Positions 25,514 to 35,679 of a stretch of DNA of 64,000 bases are shown piece after piece (positions within the stretch are counted from its first letter, which is position 1; each line of letters begins with the position of its first letter). Position numbers and translations under genes: made by a program. This DNA comes from an uncultured Planctomycetales bacterium (GTDB lineage: Bacteria; Omnitrophota; Gorgyraeia; Zapsychrales; Fredricksoniimonadaceae): NCBI GenBank assembly GCA_964643325.1, contig CAZXSE010000002.1, forward strand, positions 8,159-72,158, given 5' to 3'. The notes below the pieces were generated by a model. It had not been told where the DNA came from and searched no databases. It saw only the letters and a program-made list of their open reading frames with translations.

Positions 25514-26380
25514 TCAGGATCCCGCAAATGAAATAATAAAGACCCCCGCGATCATGAATCCCACGGCCATGAGCCTTTCTTTCTGCCCCTGCTCTTTCAG
25601 CAACCATAAGCCCCACAATGACGTCATGATGATGCTCGTGCGCTTGATGGCGATCACGTACGGAACAATGGCCAGCTTAAGCGCATTCATCTGAAGCATC
25701 ATGACAACCGCCATGCAGCAACCAAGCAAAAGCAGCCACGGCCATGCTGAACGGACCTGGACTTCGGGCCTTCTGACCCTGGCCATCATGATGACCCCCA
25801 AAAAGATCCCGACCGCCGCATTCAGGGAAATACTCCACATCAGCGGCGATGACGCGCGCATGCCGATCTTGTCAATATTCCCGCCGATGCTGTAAAGCAC
25901 GGCAACGATCAGCATGTAGCGGCTGCCCTTGGCCTTGATGAGGCGCCGGAACGGCGCCAGGATGTCCTCTTGATCAGGATGATAAAAAAGGATATAGCAT
26001 CCAAGAACAATGAACAGCATTCCCAGGATCCCCCACGGCTTCGGGAACTCGCCGACAATGATCGGCGATGTCACCAGAAGAAAGAGCGGCGTAAAACTGA
26101 GCATCGGGATCGTCAGCGACAGGTCGGATGCCTCGATCGCCTTAAAGAAAAATACTGAGGATGTTGTCACAAAAAGTGTGGTGACCAGAAGCGCGGGCCA
26201 GAACTCGGCATGAAGAGCCGGCGGCTTTTCCCAAAAGAACAGCACGGCCAGGAAAGGCACTGCAAAAAAGCTCACCGCCCAGGCCGTGATATACGGGCTG
26301 ACCCGCGTGGACAGGCGCTTGGAAAGGATATCCTGCACCGATGTACCGAAAGCTGTAAGCAACGACAATAAGAGCCACAT
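25514..26380 (-). CDS. EamA/DMT-family transporter
   Basis: 288 aa from MWLLLSLL (26380); ten predicted TM helices in two EamA-like halves. Confidence 0.8.
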   Translation of the reverse strand: MWLLLSLLTAFGTSVQDILSKRLSTRVSPYITAWAVSFFAVPFLAVLFFWEKPPALHAEFWPALLVTTLFVTTSSVFFFKAIEASDLSLTIPMLSFTPLFLLVTSPIIVGEFPKPWGILGMLFIVLGCYILFYHPDQEDILAPFRRLIKAKGSRYMLIVAVLYSIGGNIDKIGMRASSPLMWSISLNAAVGIFLGVIMMARVRRPEVQVRSAWPWLLLLGCCMAVVMMLQMNALKLAIVPYVIAIKRTSIIMTSLWGLWLLKEQGQKERLMAVGFMIAGVFIISFAGS

Positions 26381-26385
26381 GGCTG

Positions 26386-27117
26386 TTATGTTACTCCCCC
26401 AAAAGAGCCGGTCAAGATGCTTGTCTTTTTTCCATGGCCCGGGGCCTTCCTGACCGTGAATCCGTGTTCCATAAGCCCGCGGCGGACAGCGCCCGCGACC
26501 GTGAACGTGGACACGCTCGTGCCGGGCTTGCTCAAGGCCGCCATCCCGGCAAATACATCCGGCGACCACATATCAGGATTCTTCGATGGCGCGAAACCGT
26601 CAAGGAACCAGGCATCCGCCCCCTGAGGCGCAAGCCCCTTCTCTTTAATACGCCGCAACGCGGTCGCCGCATCATCAAAAACAACCGTCAGATGGACCCG
26701 CCCGTCACCGAACGACCAATCCCCCATACTACCCGGCTCAGGCCTGTACTGAGCCAGAAGCGCTTTACGATAAATCTCGAGCGCCGGCCAAATGCCGAGT
26801 GCTCTGTCCATCTGATCAGCAGGCAAAGGATACAGTTCAACAGATATAAAACGCAGCGTCCATAACGCCGGCGCGCATGCGTCCCACAATTCCCAGGCGC
26901 AGCAGAAATCCAGTCCCGTCCCGAACCCGGTCTCCATGATCGTGAATGTTCCGCGAACAGCGGGGTCAAGACTGGAAAAACGCTCACGCAAGGCATTGCC
27001 GCCGCAGCACACGTAAATGCCTTCCTCGTACCCGTTGTCCCTGCAGAAATATTTATCATCGAACCGGACAGAATAGGGCGTGGACCGTTCATCCCACCTG
27101 ACGCCTGAAGCGCTCAT
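26386..27117 (-). CDS. MnmC/MnmD-like tRNA methyltransferase domain protein (DUF752-type SAM-dependent MTase)
   Basis: ~243 aa with VRFDDKYFCRDNGYEE and ETGFGTGLDF motifs resembling the methyltransferase domain of MnmC; translationally coupled to rluA. Confidence 0.55.
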   Translation of the reverse strand: MSASGVRWDERSTPYSVRFDDKYFCRDNGYEEGIYVCCGGNALRERFSSLDPAVRGTFTIMETGFGTGLDFCCAWELWDACAPALWTLRFISVELYPLPADQMDRALGIWPALEIYRKALLAQYRPEPGSMGDWSFGDGRVHLTVVFDDAATALRRIKEKGLAPQGADAWFLDGFAPSKNPDMWSPDVFAGMAALSKPGTSVSTFTVAGAVRRGLMEHGFTVRKAPGHGKKTSILTGSFGGVT

Positions 27118-27118
27118 A

Positions 27119-27853
27119 TCACCACCGGCCGGCAAGGGCATAAAAATGCTCAGGGACGGGCGCGGTGAACGTCAGGCGCTCGCCGGTGGCGGGATGCGTG
27201 AACGCCAACACATGCGCGTGCAAGGCAAGGCGGGGATAACGGGTATCAGGCCGCCCGTATTTGGCATCCCCGACGACGGGATGCCCGTGATGCGCGAGAT
27301 GCACGCGGATCTGGTTCTTGCGGCCGGTCAACAAAGAGATCTTCAGGACGGAAAACTGGCCGGCTTCCTTAATAACGGTGTAAGCCGTATGCGCAAGTTT
27401 GCCTTTTTCGACATCATCGGCAAAAGAATGCATGCGGTACTTGTCATCTTCGACGAGATAGCTCGATATGGTCCCGGACTTTTGCGCGAGCCTGCCGTGA
27501 ACGACCGTCATGTAGGTCTTCTCGGTCTCTTTCCAGTGGTCCTTGAGAGAACATTGCGCCTGCTCGGTCTTGGCAAAAAGGAGGACGCCCGATGTTTCCC
27601 GGTCAAGCCGGTGCACGGGAAAAACACATTTGCGCGAACGGGAATTCCCCTTACGCACATATTCATTCAGGAATTGATGGACGGTGCGTTCGCGGTCATA
27701 CGGCGCGGCAACGCTCAACAGGCCGGCGGCCTTGTTCCCCACGATCAGATGGTCATCCTCATATAAGACCTCAAAACCCTGGGGATGATATTTCCTGGGG
27801 ATCTTCTTGCGGCGCGCCGCGGCATTGCCAGTTGTGTGTTGCATCACATTCAT
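27119..27853 (-). CDS. RluA-family pseudouridine synthase
   Basis: Catalytic HRLDRETSGVLLFAK motif with the conserved Asp; 244 aa. Confidence 0.85.
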   Translation of the reverse strand: MNVMQHTTGNAAARRKKIPRKYHPQGFEVLYEDDHLIVGNKAAGLLSVAAPYDRERTVHQFLNEYVRKGNSRSRKCVFPVHRLDRETSGVLLFAKTEQAQCSLKDHWKETEKTYMTVVHGRLAQKSGTISSYLVEDDKYRMHSFADDVEKGKLAHTAYTVIKEAGQFSVLKISLLTGRKNQIRVHLAHHGHPVVGDAKYGRPDTRYPRLALHAHVLAFTHPATGERLTFTAPVPEHFYALAGRW

Positions 27854-29556
27854 TCGCGGCGCAAGGCCGCGGCCTCCAGGTCGCGCCCCGTCTCATACGG
27901 CGACACATAACGCGCCCGTATCAGAGACTCGCGCGCCATGACACTGCTGCCGCGCGACGTGTAAATACTGCTAAGCGCCAGATGATTGTAGTACGCGTTC
28001 GGCGACTTCACGGCAGCCTCCATAAAGAATGCCTGGGCCGCATCCAGCGCCGCGACCTGTTTGTTCGCGCGAAAAGCCCGCAAGTAAACATCCCCGAGGG
28101 AGGTCGGTACGCTGCTGTCCAGAGGGTTGAGCTGCCGCGCGCGCTCGAACAGCGGCAGCGCGGCCTTGGCCTGGCCCGCATTGACCGCTGCCCTGGCATC
28201 ACGCAAACAGGCAAGCGAAAAACCAAAACGCGCGGCCAGGAACAGCCCTGCCAGCGCGGCAAGAACCAACACCCCCATGATCACGCGCGCCGCATTCTTT
28301 GATGACGGGAAAGCCCTGTCCCGCGTCCCGAAATAACTGCAAAAAACAGCGAGCCATGTCCAGAAAAAGAACGAGGCATTGGGTTTGAGCATGGTGAAAC
28401 TGTTGATATTATCCAGCAGGTACGCGAGCATGCCCCAGGCCGCGGCCAGCATGACCCAGAACTCCGGCCCCTGATCCTTCCGGCGAAAATACCGCCACAC
28501 CCAAAAGATCAAAAGACCTACAAGCCATACGATCGCAACAAGCCCCGGCAATCCGGTCTCAGCCCAGATCTGGGCGTAGGAATTGTGCGCAAAGGCGGTC
28601 AATCCCTCGAGATTCATCACAAAACGCGACGAGGCCGGGAAATAAGCGCCGAAACCAGCCCCACGCACAGGATGCTCGGCAATGGTCGCGCCAACGATAC
28701 GCATGTACTCCTGACGCGGCGATATGGACCCGGAAAAGTTCTTTTTCAGGATCACCCCTGTAAAAAGGGCCAGCCCTACTGCCACGCAAGCCCCGGCCGC
28801 CCATATCATCTTCACAGAAAGCCTGATGCGCCGCGTCCAGACCAGCAGGGCGAATATGCCCGCTGCAGTCACCAGAAAAATACTCCAGCCCAGGAAAGAA
28901 AAAGTGAAAAAGAAGGCCGTTAGCAAAACTCCCGCTCCGGCGAGAACAAAGACACGCACCGCCCAGGACCGCGCGCCGATCGCCAGCGCTCCTGCCAAGG
29001 GCATGGCCAGCATGAGAAATCCCGCGAGCACATTCGGCCAGCCGAAGAACGAACACGCTCTTTTATTGATCAAAATATAATAAAGGCTGCGGTTCGTCAG
29101 GCGGGCATTCTCGACTTCAGCGGCCGAGACTTTGTTGAGCACGAGGATATCATTGATCCCCACGGCCGCAACGAGCAATGCCGCGGCAAAGAATACCCAC
29201 AAAAAAATACGGCGGTAGTGCTCTTGCGAAAGAAGGCTGAACAACATATAAAAATAAAGGACATAAGCCAGCAGCATCAACAAAGAACGCACTGTCAGCC
29301 ATGGCTCCAGCGTCCATGCCGCGGATGCCGCGGCCGCTGCCAGCAGCAGGGCTAACGGCCCTTCAAGCCCTGTCACGGGCAGGCTTTCCCGACGGACGCT
29401 CTTATGGATGAAATAACAGGAGGCCAGGCCGTAAATGGCCCCGGCAATGATCATGTTCGAAAGATCGTCCTTGAGCGCGGATTCAAGGCCGGGAAAAAAG
29501 CGCCAGATCACCAGGCGCAACCAAAGAATAAAGGAAGCCGCGATAAGATAGAGCAT
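27850..29556 (-). CDS. O-antigen ligase/polymerase (Wzy_C)-family membrane protein with a C-terminal TPR-like domain
   Basis: ~12 TM helices, a large periplasmic loop with Wzy_C-like residues (FAHNSYAQIWAETG), and a C-terminal soluble helical repeat region. Confidence 0.7.
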   Translation of the reverse strand: MLYLIAASFILWLRLVIWRFFPGLESALKDDLSNMIIAGAIYGLASCYFIHKSVRRESLPVTGLEGPLALLLAAAAASAAWTLEPWLTVRSLLMLLAYVLYFYMLFSLLSQEHYRRIFLWVFFAAALLVAAVGINDILVLNKVSAAEVENARLTNRSLYYILINKRACSFFGWPNVLAGFLMLAMPLAGALAIGARSWAVRVFVLAGAGVLLTAFFFTFSFLGWSIFLVTAAGIFALLVWTRRIRLSVKMIWAAGACVAVGLALFTGVILKKNFSGSISPRQEYMRIVGATIAEHPVRGAGFGAYFPASSRFVMNLEGLTAFAHNSYAQIWAETGLPGLVAIVWLVGLLIFWVWRYFRRKDQGPEFWVMLAAAWGMLAYLLDNINSFTMLKPNASFFFWTWLAVFCSYFGTRDRAFPSSKNAARVIMGVLVLAALAGLFLAARFGFSLACLRDARAAVNAGQAKAALPLFERARQLNPLDSSVPTSLGDVYLRAFRANKQVAALDAAQAFFMEAAVKSPNAYYNHLALSSIYTSRGSSVMARESLIRARYVSPYETGRDLEAAALRRE

Positions 29557-29559
29557 GCG

Positions 29560-30489
29560 TTATCCCAGGACCTCGCCAATATCAAGCTTGTGCCCTGCCA
29601 GGAACGCGCGCGCGTCCATGGCATGTGAATTCTCAAGATGGACCCGTTTGACGAGAACAGCCCTGTCAGCCGCTTGAACAAAGAAACCCTGTTTATGCGA
29701 TCCAACGATCTCGCCGGGCTTCCCGGGGCGCTCAGCATCTGCCGCCACCGCCTCCAATACCTTCAGGCGCCTTCCCTTCCAGAACGTGAACGCGCCGGGC
29801 CAGGGCTGCAACCCGCGTACCATATCATGGACCTCGCGGGCCGGACGGCCCCAGCAGATACGGCCAAGGTCCTTGTGCATCTTCGGGGCATACGTCACTC
29901 CGGCGGGATCCTGCTGCCGGCAGACGGACTTCCCCGACTTGATCGCAGCCAATGTGCGGGATAAAAGTTGGGCGCCCTGCACGGCCAGCCGCGCTCGAAG
30001 TTCGATCGATGTCATGTCATCCGGGATGGGGCACGCCTCCTGCGCGATAATCCCGCCGCTGTCCATGCCCGCGTCCATCTTCATGATGGTGATGCCCGTT
30101 TGCGTTTCACCGCGCATGATCGCCCAATGAACAGGCGCGGCGCCCCTGTACTTGGGCAAGAGCGAGGCGTGCACATTGATGCAGCCATGTTTGGGAAGGT
30201 CCAGGACGCTTTGCGGCAGGAACTTTCCGTAGGCGATCACCACAAAGATATCGGCATGGAACCAGGCAAGCTTGCTGACGAGGACCGGCTCACTGAGCGA
30301 CCACGGCTGAAAAATGGCAATGCCGCGGTCCATGGCGATCTGCTTGGTCGGTGAATAACCCACGCGCAGCCCCCTGCCGCGGGGCTTGTCCGGCTGGGTC
30401 ACAAGCCCGACAACATGATGCCCCTTGTCGATCAGGTGCACCAGATTAACAACGGCAAAATCGTCACATCCGAAGAAAACTATTCTCAT
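29560..30489 (-). CDS. fmt: Methionyl-tRNA formyltransferase
   Basis: MRIVFFGC N-terminus; formyltransferase motif HASLLPKYRGAAP; C-terminal Fmt_C domain. Confidence 0.9.
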   Translation of the reverse strand: MRIVFFGCDDFAVVNLVHLIDKGHHVVGLVTQPDKPRGRGLRVGYSPTKQIAMDRGIAIFQPWSLSEPVLVSKLAWFHADIFVVIAYGKFLPQSVLDLPKHGCINVHASLLPKYRGAAPVHWAIMRGETQTGITIMKMDAGMDSGGIIAQEACPIPDDMTSIELRARLAVQGAQLLSRTLAAIKSGKSVCRQQDPAGVTYAPKMHKDLGRICWGRPAREVHDMVRGLQPWPGAFTFWKGRRLKVLEAVAADAERPGKPGEIVGSHKQGFFVQAADRAVLVKRVHLENSHAMDARAFLAGHKLDIGEVLG

Positions 30490-30494
30490 CAGGA

Positions 30495-32153
30495 TCAATC
30501 CACATTAACGGTCACAACAACATCCTTTTTCGGCCGGAATACTTTCAAGGCATCCTTGACCATTCTGACGATGCCGGTCCTGTCAGGGCCCTGCAAAGAA
30601 AAGGAATAACGGAACTTGCCGCGCTCCAGGGCGGTACGGTCCGGCTGCGGCTCCACGATGACAATATCCCCGGCAACAACAGGTACGAGCATATCATACA
30701 ACCTTTTCGCCTGTGCGCAAGCAAGCGCCGGGTCCGCGCCGCGCACGATCACGGTCGCCAGCGCCCCGAACGGCGGCAGGCCCATCTCTTTCCTGAGAAC
30801 AAGTTCGCTGCGATAGAATTCCGACGGGTCGTCCGTTGCCAGCGTATGCAGCAAGGCGTCCGCGGCATGGCGCGTCTGCAACAGGACCTGCCCCCGCGTG
30901 ACCTGCCGCAAATGCTGGATGAGGGCGAAAGCGCCTTGCGACGCCTGATGGTCGTGTTTGTGGAATTCCCAGTCAATATCAAGAACAGCCGACGTCTCGG
31001 CCGCGATCGACGCGCGATGACGGAAAACAGCCTGGGTCGCCACCAGGATGTCCGCGCTCTCGGGCAAAACAGACGATGTCTTGTCATAGCCTGACACGCG
31101 CGCCGACGGAAAACATTGCCGCGCCTCCTCCATCACCGCCGCAATACCTCTGGCGGCCTGGATATAAAAGAGCGCCTTCCCTCCCTGTTTGAGAACAGCC
31201 TCGGTGTGATGGCGCAACCCCGGAGAAATGAACGCGCCCTTCTTCATCTTGAAGTTCGAAAGGTCCAGGCATCGGACAGGCGGCAGTTTCTCATCAAGGA
31301 CCGTCAGGACGGCCTTCCCCTGATCCACCCTGTGCCACATCTCGACCGACGGCGCACTCGAAACGCATATCAACGCGCAACCCTCCATGGACGCGCGCTC
31401 CAGCGCCGCTTCACGCGCATGATAAAAAGGCGAACGGTCGTTCTTGTAGAACGGGCTTTCCTCATCAATGACCACGATGAGCCCCAGATCCTGCACCGGC
31501 GCGAACACAGCGGAAATAAATCCCGCGACCAAGCGGGCCCGGCCCGAACGCACATCCAGCCAGCGCGCGTATTCCTCTTTTTCCGTGCCCTGCACCATCA
31601 GGACGCGTTGCGATGCCGGCGCCAGCGCCCCCAGTTTCGGCAACACATCATGACAGCGCGCGGCCTCAGGCACCAGCACCAGGACGCCCCGCCCCTCGCC
31701 AAGCACGCTGGCAATACGCGGCAGCAAAACTTCCCACCGGCGCACCTGCCCCCGGTCAAAGACCAACTCAGGCAACAGGGCGACAGAACGAGCGGCAACT
31801 TGCGCCGGCCCTGCCGCGAACGCCCTTGCTTTCCTTAAATACGACGGCAGGAACAGATGCAGCGCCTCACCCTGCGTGCAGGCAAAACGGGAAGCGAACC
31901 AGGCGGCGAGATCCAGAAAGGCAGGAGAAAATACAGGAGATGCGTCAAGGACCTTGATCATCACGCTCAACCGGCCGGCATGTTCCGGCGCCTGAAGGAG
32001 CCGCACCACGATACCGACATGCTTCTTGCCGGCAAAACGCACGAGAACGCGTGCGCCCACGACGACCGTGCTGGCCAGCTCCGGAGGAATAAGATAATCG
32101 AACGGGCCTTCCACAGGAAGCCCGACTACGACCTGCGCAATGGAAGGGATCAT
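30495..32153 (-). CDS. priA: Primosomal protein N' (PriA)-like, with degenerate Walker A and no Cys-rich zinc-binding insertion
   Basis: N-terminal 3'-DNA-binding domain (VAQVVVGLPVEGPFDYLIP) and helicase lobe 1 with DEEH-like VIDEES box. The Walker A position reads LGEGRG, with no GxGKT/S. Only 552 aa, versus ~730 for canonical PriA. Confidence 0.7.
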   Translation of the reverse strand: MIPSIAQVVVGLPVEGPFDYLIPPELASTVVVGARVLVRFAGKKHVGIVVRLLQAPEHAGRLSVMIKVLDASPVFSPAFLDLAAWFASRFACTQGEALHLFLPSYLRKARAFAAGPAQVAARSVALLPELVFDRGQVRRWEVLLPRIASVLGEGRGVLVLVPEAARCHDVLPKLGALAPASQRVLMVQGTEKEEYARWLDVRSGRARLVAGFISAVFAPVQDLGLIVVIDEESPFYKNDRSPFYHAREAALERASMEGCALICVSSAPSVEMWHRVDQGKAVLTVLDEKLPPVRCLDLSNFKMKKGAFISPGLRHHTEAVLKQGGKALFYIQAARGIAAVMEEARQCFPSARVSGYDKTSSVLPESADILVATQAVFRHRASIAAETSAVLDIDWEFHKHDHQASQGAFALIQHLRQVTRGQVLLQTRHAADALLHTLATDDPSEFYRSELVLRKEMGLPPFGALATVIVRGADPALACAQAKRLYDMLVPVVAGDIVIVEPQPDRTALERGKFRYSFSLQGPDRTGIVRMVKDALKVFRPKKDVVVTVNVD

Positions 32154-33259
32154 ATCAATCGGGAAATAATGTCCGCCACAGAATCCGGCTTTGCAAGCAC
32201 CCTGGTCCGCGCGCGCGCCTGTTCCAGGGCGGCCGGCGATGCCGCCAACCCCAGCACCGCCGAGACCAGGTCCCGCATCGGCATGCCGCTCAGGCCGATG
32301 CCGTTAGCCGCGAGAACACGGACGTTCCCGGCTTCCTGCCCGGGAATGGCGCTGAAGAATATCATCGGCAAATGGTTCGCCAGCGCTTCGGTCACGGAAA
32401 GCCCACCGGGCTTGGTGATCATCACATCGGACGACGCCATCATCTCTTCCATGTTATCAACGAACTTGCAGATCTTATGACGCGGGTTGTTCCCGGCCGC
32501 AAGCCGCTGGTACAGCTTCTTGTTGTGCCCGCAAATAACAATAAGCTGCAGGTCTTTCAGTTCCGCCGCCAGTTCTTCAATGGGGCCGAACCCGAATGAG
32601 CTCGTCGATATCAGGACCGTGAACAATTCCGGCGCCAGCCCCAGTTTGCGGCGCGTCTCGCCCTTATCACGCACGCGCGTGAATTTCTCGTCCAGCGGAA
32701 TGCCGGTGACATGGATCTTCTGGGCCGGGACGCCCATGGCCGTCAGGCGCTCTTTGGTGTACGCGCTGGCCACGCAATATTCATCAACCCCCGGGATAAG
32801 CCAGATCTTGTGCACATCAAAATCCGTTACAACAACGACCAGCTTGCCCTGTATCTGCCCCGTACGGCGCAAAAAACCGCACACCTCGGCGGAAAGAAAA
32901 TGTGTTGTCACGATCCGGTCGAACTGTTCTTTTTTCAGATAAGCCACCAGGCGGGATGTGTTAAGCCCGTTATAAACACGGCGGACCGCGCGGAACACGG
33001 GCAGGAACCATGACCGATCGGTCAGGGCAAAGAACGCCGCCCACAAGGTCGGCAGCTGGGCGACCATGAACTCATAGCCCTTGCTGTAAAGAACGCGGAA
33101 AACGGGTGTGGTAAAGTCCAGCGCGTCGATGATGACCGCGTCCGCCCGTCCGCGGGCAACAAGCCCGTGATGGAGGGCCTCAGCCGCCTTGCGATGCCCC
33201 GCGCCGGCGGTGGCGTGAATGATCAGGATCCTTGGCGATGATGTATTTTGCGGCTGCAT
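32150..33259 (-). CDS. GT28-family glycosyltransferase (MGDG-synthase / MurG-like)
   Basis: Start at MQPQNT with a strong GGAGG SD. N-terminal ILIIHATAGAGHRKAAEAL and C-terminal ITKPGG...SVTEALA motifs typical of GT28 UDP-sugar transferases. Confidence 0.7.
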   Translation of the reverse strand: MQPQNTSSPRILIIHATAGAGHRKAAEALHHGLVARGRADAVIIDALDFTTPVFRVLYSKGYEFMVAQLPTLWAAFFALTDRSWFLPVFRAVRRVYNGLNTSRLVAYLKKEQFDRIVTTHFLSAEVCGFLRRTGQIQGKLVVVVTDFDVHKIWLIPGVDEYCVASAYTKERLTAMGVPAQKIHVTGIPLDEKFTRVRDKGETRRKLGLAPELFTVLISTSSFGFGPIEELAAELKDLQLIVICGHNKKLYQRLAAGNNPRHKICKFVDNMEEMMASSDVMITKPGGLSVTEALANHLPMIFFSAIPGQEAGNVRVLAANGIGLSGMPMRDLVSAVLGLAASPAALEQARARTRVLAKPDSVADIISRLI

Positions 33260-33780
33260 AAAGATCCTCCACGATAAGATCAGGACGGACATCCCAGCGT
33301 TTCATATAAGAACGATCTTCCCGCCCGCAGAGCGCAAAAATGGTCCGGCAGCCGGCATTCTTTCCTGTCTTGATATCCCCTTCGGTATCACCCACGAAAT
33401 ACGCGCTTCCGGCGTCCTTAAGGGTCCTGCCGATGGACGCAAGCGCCCTGATCACATTACCCACGCGCGGCTTGCGGCAATTGCATCCGTCGGACGAGCG
33501 GCATGTGCAATAGAAGACGCCCGTGATATGCGCCCCGGCTTCATCAGCGCCCTGCATCATGCGCCGCGTGATCAGGTCAAGCTTTCGCCGGCTGTACACC
33601 CCTTTGCCAACGCCCGCCTGGTTGGAGATCACGAAAATGTCATACCCGGCGTCCGTCAACAGCTTCATCGCTTCCAGAGAGCCGGGAATAAAATGAAAGT
33701 CCTTCACCTTTGTCACATACAGGCCATTGCCCGGAAATTCATTGATCACGCCATCACGGTCCAGAAAGACTACTTTCATG
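33180..33780 (-). CDS. gmhB: D-glycero-D-manno-heptose 1,7-bisphosphate phosphatase (HAD family, GmhB-like)
   Basis: MKVVFLDRDGVIN (DxDGx HAD motif I), SNQAGVGKG motif II, GDTEGD motif. The 3' end overlaps the GT28 start by ~80 bp. Confidence 0.7.
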
Positions 33781-33808
33781 TCTGCGCGCCGGGGACCTTC
33801 GCCCCGCA

Positions 33809-34573
33809 TTATTTCTTGCCGATGCCCCGGACGATCTCGTAATACTTCATGTAGCTCATGATCTGATAGAGCGAAGCGAAGAACGCGATCACAAAACCCA
33901 TGAACCCGCCCTTGAACCCGCCCTTGCCGATATAAGAACGGAAGAACCGGTCCGCTGTCCGCCAGAATATATAAGGCATGGACACCTTGCGTCCCGTCGC
34001 CACCCACTTTTGGGCTTCCAGCGTGGTCTGGCGGTTGAGGCTCGCCAGAAAATGCGCCAGGTCCGGATAACCATGATGGATGATATCTTTCTTCAGGTGC
34101 CCGCATGTACCGTCGATGAAGACCCGCGGATGCACCGGCTGCTCCTCGTAGCGAAAATTGCTTTTTTTGACAAGCCGCGTCTTGGACCCGGGATACCATC
34201 CCGAATGATAGACCCAGTAATCCCCGATATAGGTGCGAAACGGCACCGAGAACGCCGCGTGTGCCGTGGAAGGAAGCACGGCATCGATCTCCTGCTGCAG
34301 TTCAGGCGTCACACGCTCATCCGCGTCCAGATAAAGGACCCATTCATTCTTCGCCTGCGCGGCCGCCCAGTTGCGATGGATGCCTTCGTTCTCCATGGTG
34401 CGTTCGTAGATCACCGCGCCATACTCCCGGGAGATCGCGACCGTGCGGTCCGTGGAATTATCATCCACAACGATCACCTCATCCGCCCAGCCCTTAACGC
34501 TGGCAAGGCAATCGTGCATGTTGTCTTCTTCATTCTTGGCGATAATAACGACTGAAACGGGGACCGTGGCCAT
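33809..34573 (-). CDS. GT2-family glycosyltransferase (LPS-core type)
   Basis: VSVVIIAKNEE...DDNSTDRT...DADE DxD-like motifs typical of GT2. Confidence 0.8.
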   Translation of the reverse strand: MATVPVSVVIIAKNEEDNMHDCLASVKGWADEVIVVDDNSTDRTVAISREYGAVIYERTMENEGIHRNWAAAQAKNEWVLYLDADERVTPELQQEIDAVLPSTAHAAFSVPFRTYIGDYWVYHSGWYPGSKTRLVKKSNFRYEEQPVHPRVFIDGTCGHLKKDIIHHGYPDLAHFLASLNRQTTLEAQKWVATGRKVSMPYIFWRTADRFFRSYIGKGGFKGGFMGFVIAFFASLYQIMSYMKYYEIVRGIGKK

Positions 34574-35679
34574 TACAAAGCCTCCTTGATGCCTGACGCG
34601 ACCTCTGCGACCTGCGCCTCGGTCATGTGAGGGAACATGGGCAATGAAAGGATCTCGTCCGCCACTTGCTCCGCGACGGGAAAATCCCCTTTTTTACATC
34701 CGGCGTCCGCGTAAGCTTCCTGCAAATGGACCGGAATGGGATAGTGAATAAGCGTGGTGATCCCTTGTTCCTTGAGCCTGTCCATCACGCGGGCGCGATC
34801 CTTAACACGAATGGCATATGTCTGATAAACATGGTCACAGCCCGGCTTCACCGCGGGCAGGATAACGCCTGTTCCCGCCAGGTGCTTGGCATAAAGTCCG
34901 GCAACGTTCTTACGCATGTCATTCCACTGATCAAGATATTTCAATTTCGCCGAAAGAACAACGGCCTGCAGCGTATCGAGGCGGGAATTATGCCCTTTGA
35001 ACTTATGCGCATAGCGCTCGGTGCGGCCGTAATCGCGCAGCATCCGCGCCATGTGCGCCATGGCTGCGTCATTGGTCACGACCATGCCGCCGTCGCCCCA
35101 GCCGCCCAGGCCTTTTGTCGGATAAAAACTGAAACAGCCCCCCTGGCCCATCGAACCGCTGCGTTTTCCCTTGTAGCGCGCGCCATGCGCCTGACAGGAA
35201 TCCTCGAGCACCGCCACCTTGCGCTCCGCGGCCACCGCAAGGATCGCATCCATATCAGCCATCTGGCCGTAAAGATGAACGGGCAGGATGACCTTGGTCT
35301 TCGGCGTGATCGCCGCCTTGAGTTTTGCGGCATCGATGTTGTACGACACCGGGTCGCTGTCCACGAACCTGACTTTCGCGCCCGTGTAGGAAACGCAAAG
35401 GGCTGTTGCAATGAACGTGAACGCGGGCAGGATGACCTCATCGCCCTCGCCCACGCCAAGCCCGGCGAGCGCCAGATAAAGCGCGTCGGTCCCGGAATTG
35501 ACGCCGACGGCATGCTGAACACCGCAATAGGCCGCGAACTCGTCCTCAAACTTCTTGACATCCGCCCCCATGATGAACGACGCTTTCGCGATCACGCGTT
35601 CAAACCCGGCGTCCACCTCAGGACGGATCATCCTGTTCTGCTCGGTAAAGTCAATGAACGGAACTCCCATTACAACCAC
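34573..35679 (-). CDS. DegT/DnrJ/EryC1/StrS-family PLP-dependent sugar aminotransferase
   Basis: Fold-type I aminotransferase with the Schiff-base Lys in FSFYPTKGLGGWGDGG. Start is either GTG 35679 or ATG 35670. Confidence 0.85.
   Translation of the reverse strand: MVVMGVPFIDFTEQNRMIRPEVDAGFERVIAKASFIMGADVKKFEDEFAAYCGVQHAVGVNSGTDALYLALAGLGVGEGDEVILPAFTFIATALCVSYTGAKVRFVDSDPVSYNIDAAKLKAAITPKTKVILPVHLYGQMADMDAILAVAAERKVAVLEDSCQAHGARYKGKRSGSMGQGGCFSFYPTKGLGGWGDGGMVVTNDAAMAHMARMLRDYGRTERYAHKFKGHNSRLDTLQAVVLSAKLKYLDQWNDMRKNVAGLYAKHLAGTGVILPAVKPGCDHVYQTYAIRVKDRARVMDRLKEQGITTLIHYPIPVHLQEAYADAGCKKGDFPVAEQVADEILSLPMFPHMTEAQVAEVASGIKEAL

Noticed and set aside
33781-34199. Upstream extension of the 339-aa ORF containing GmhB
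   Set aside because: HAD motif I (MKVVFLDRDG) starts at 33780. The extension overlaps the GT2 gene in another frame and has no homology features.
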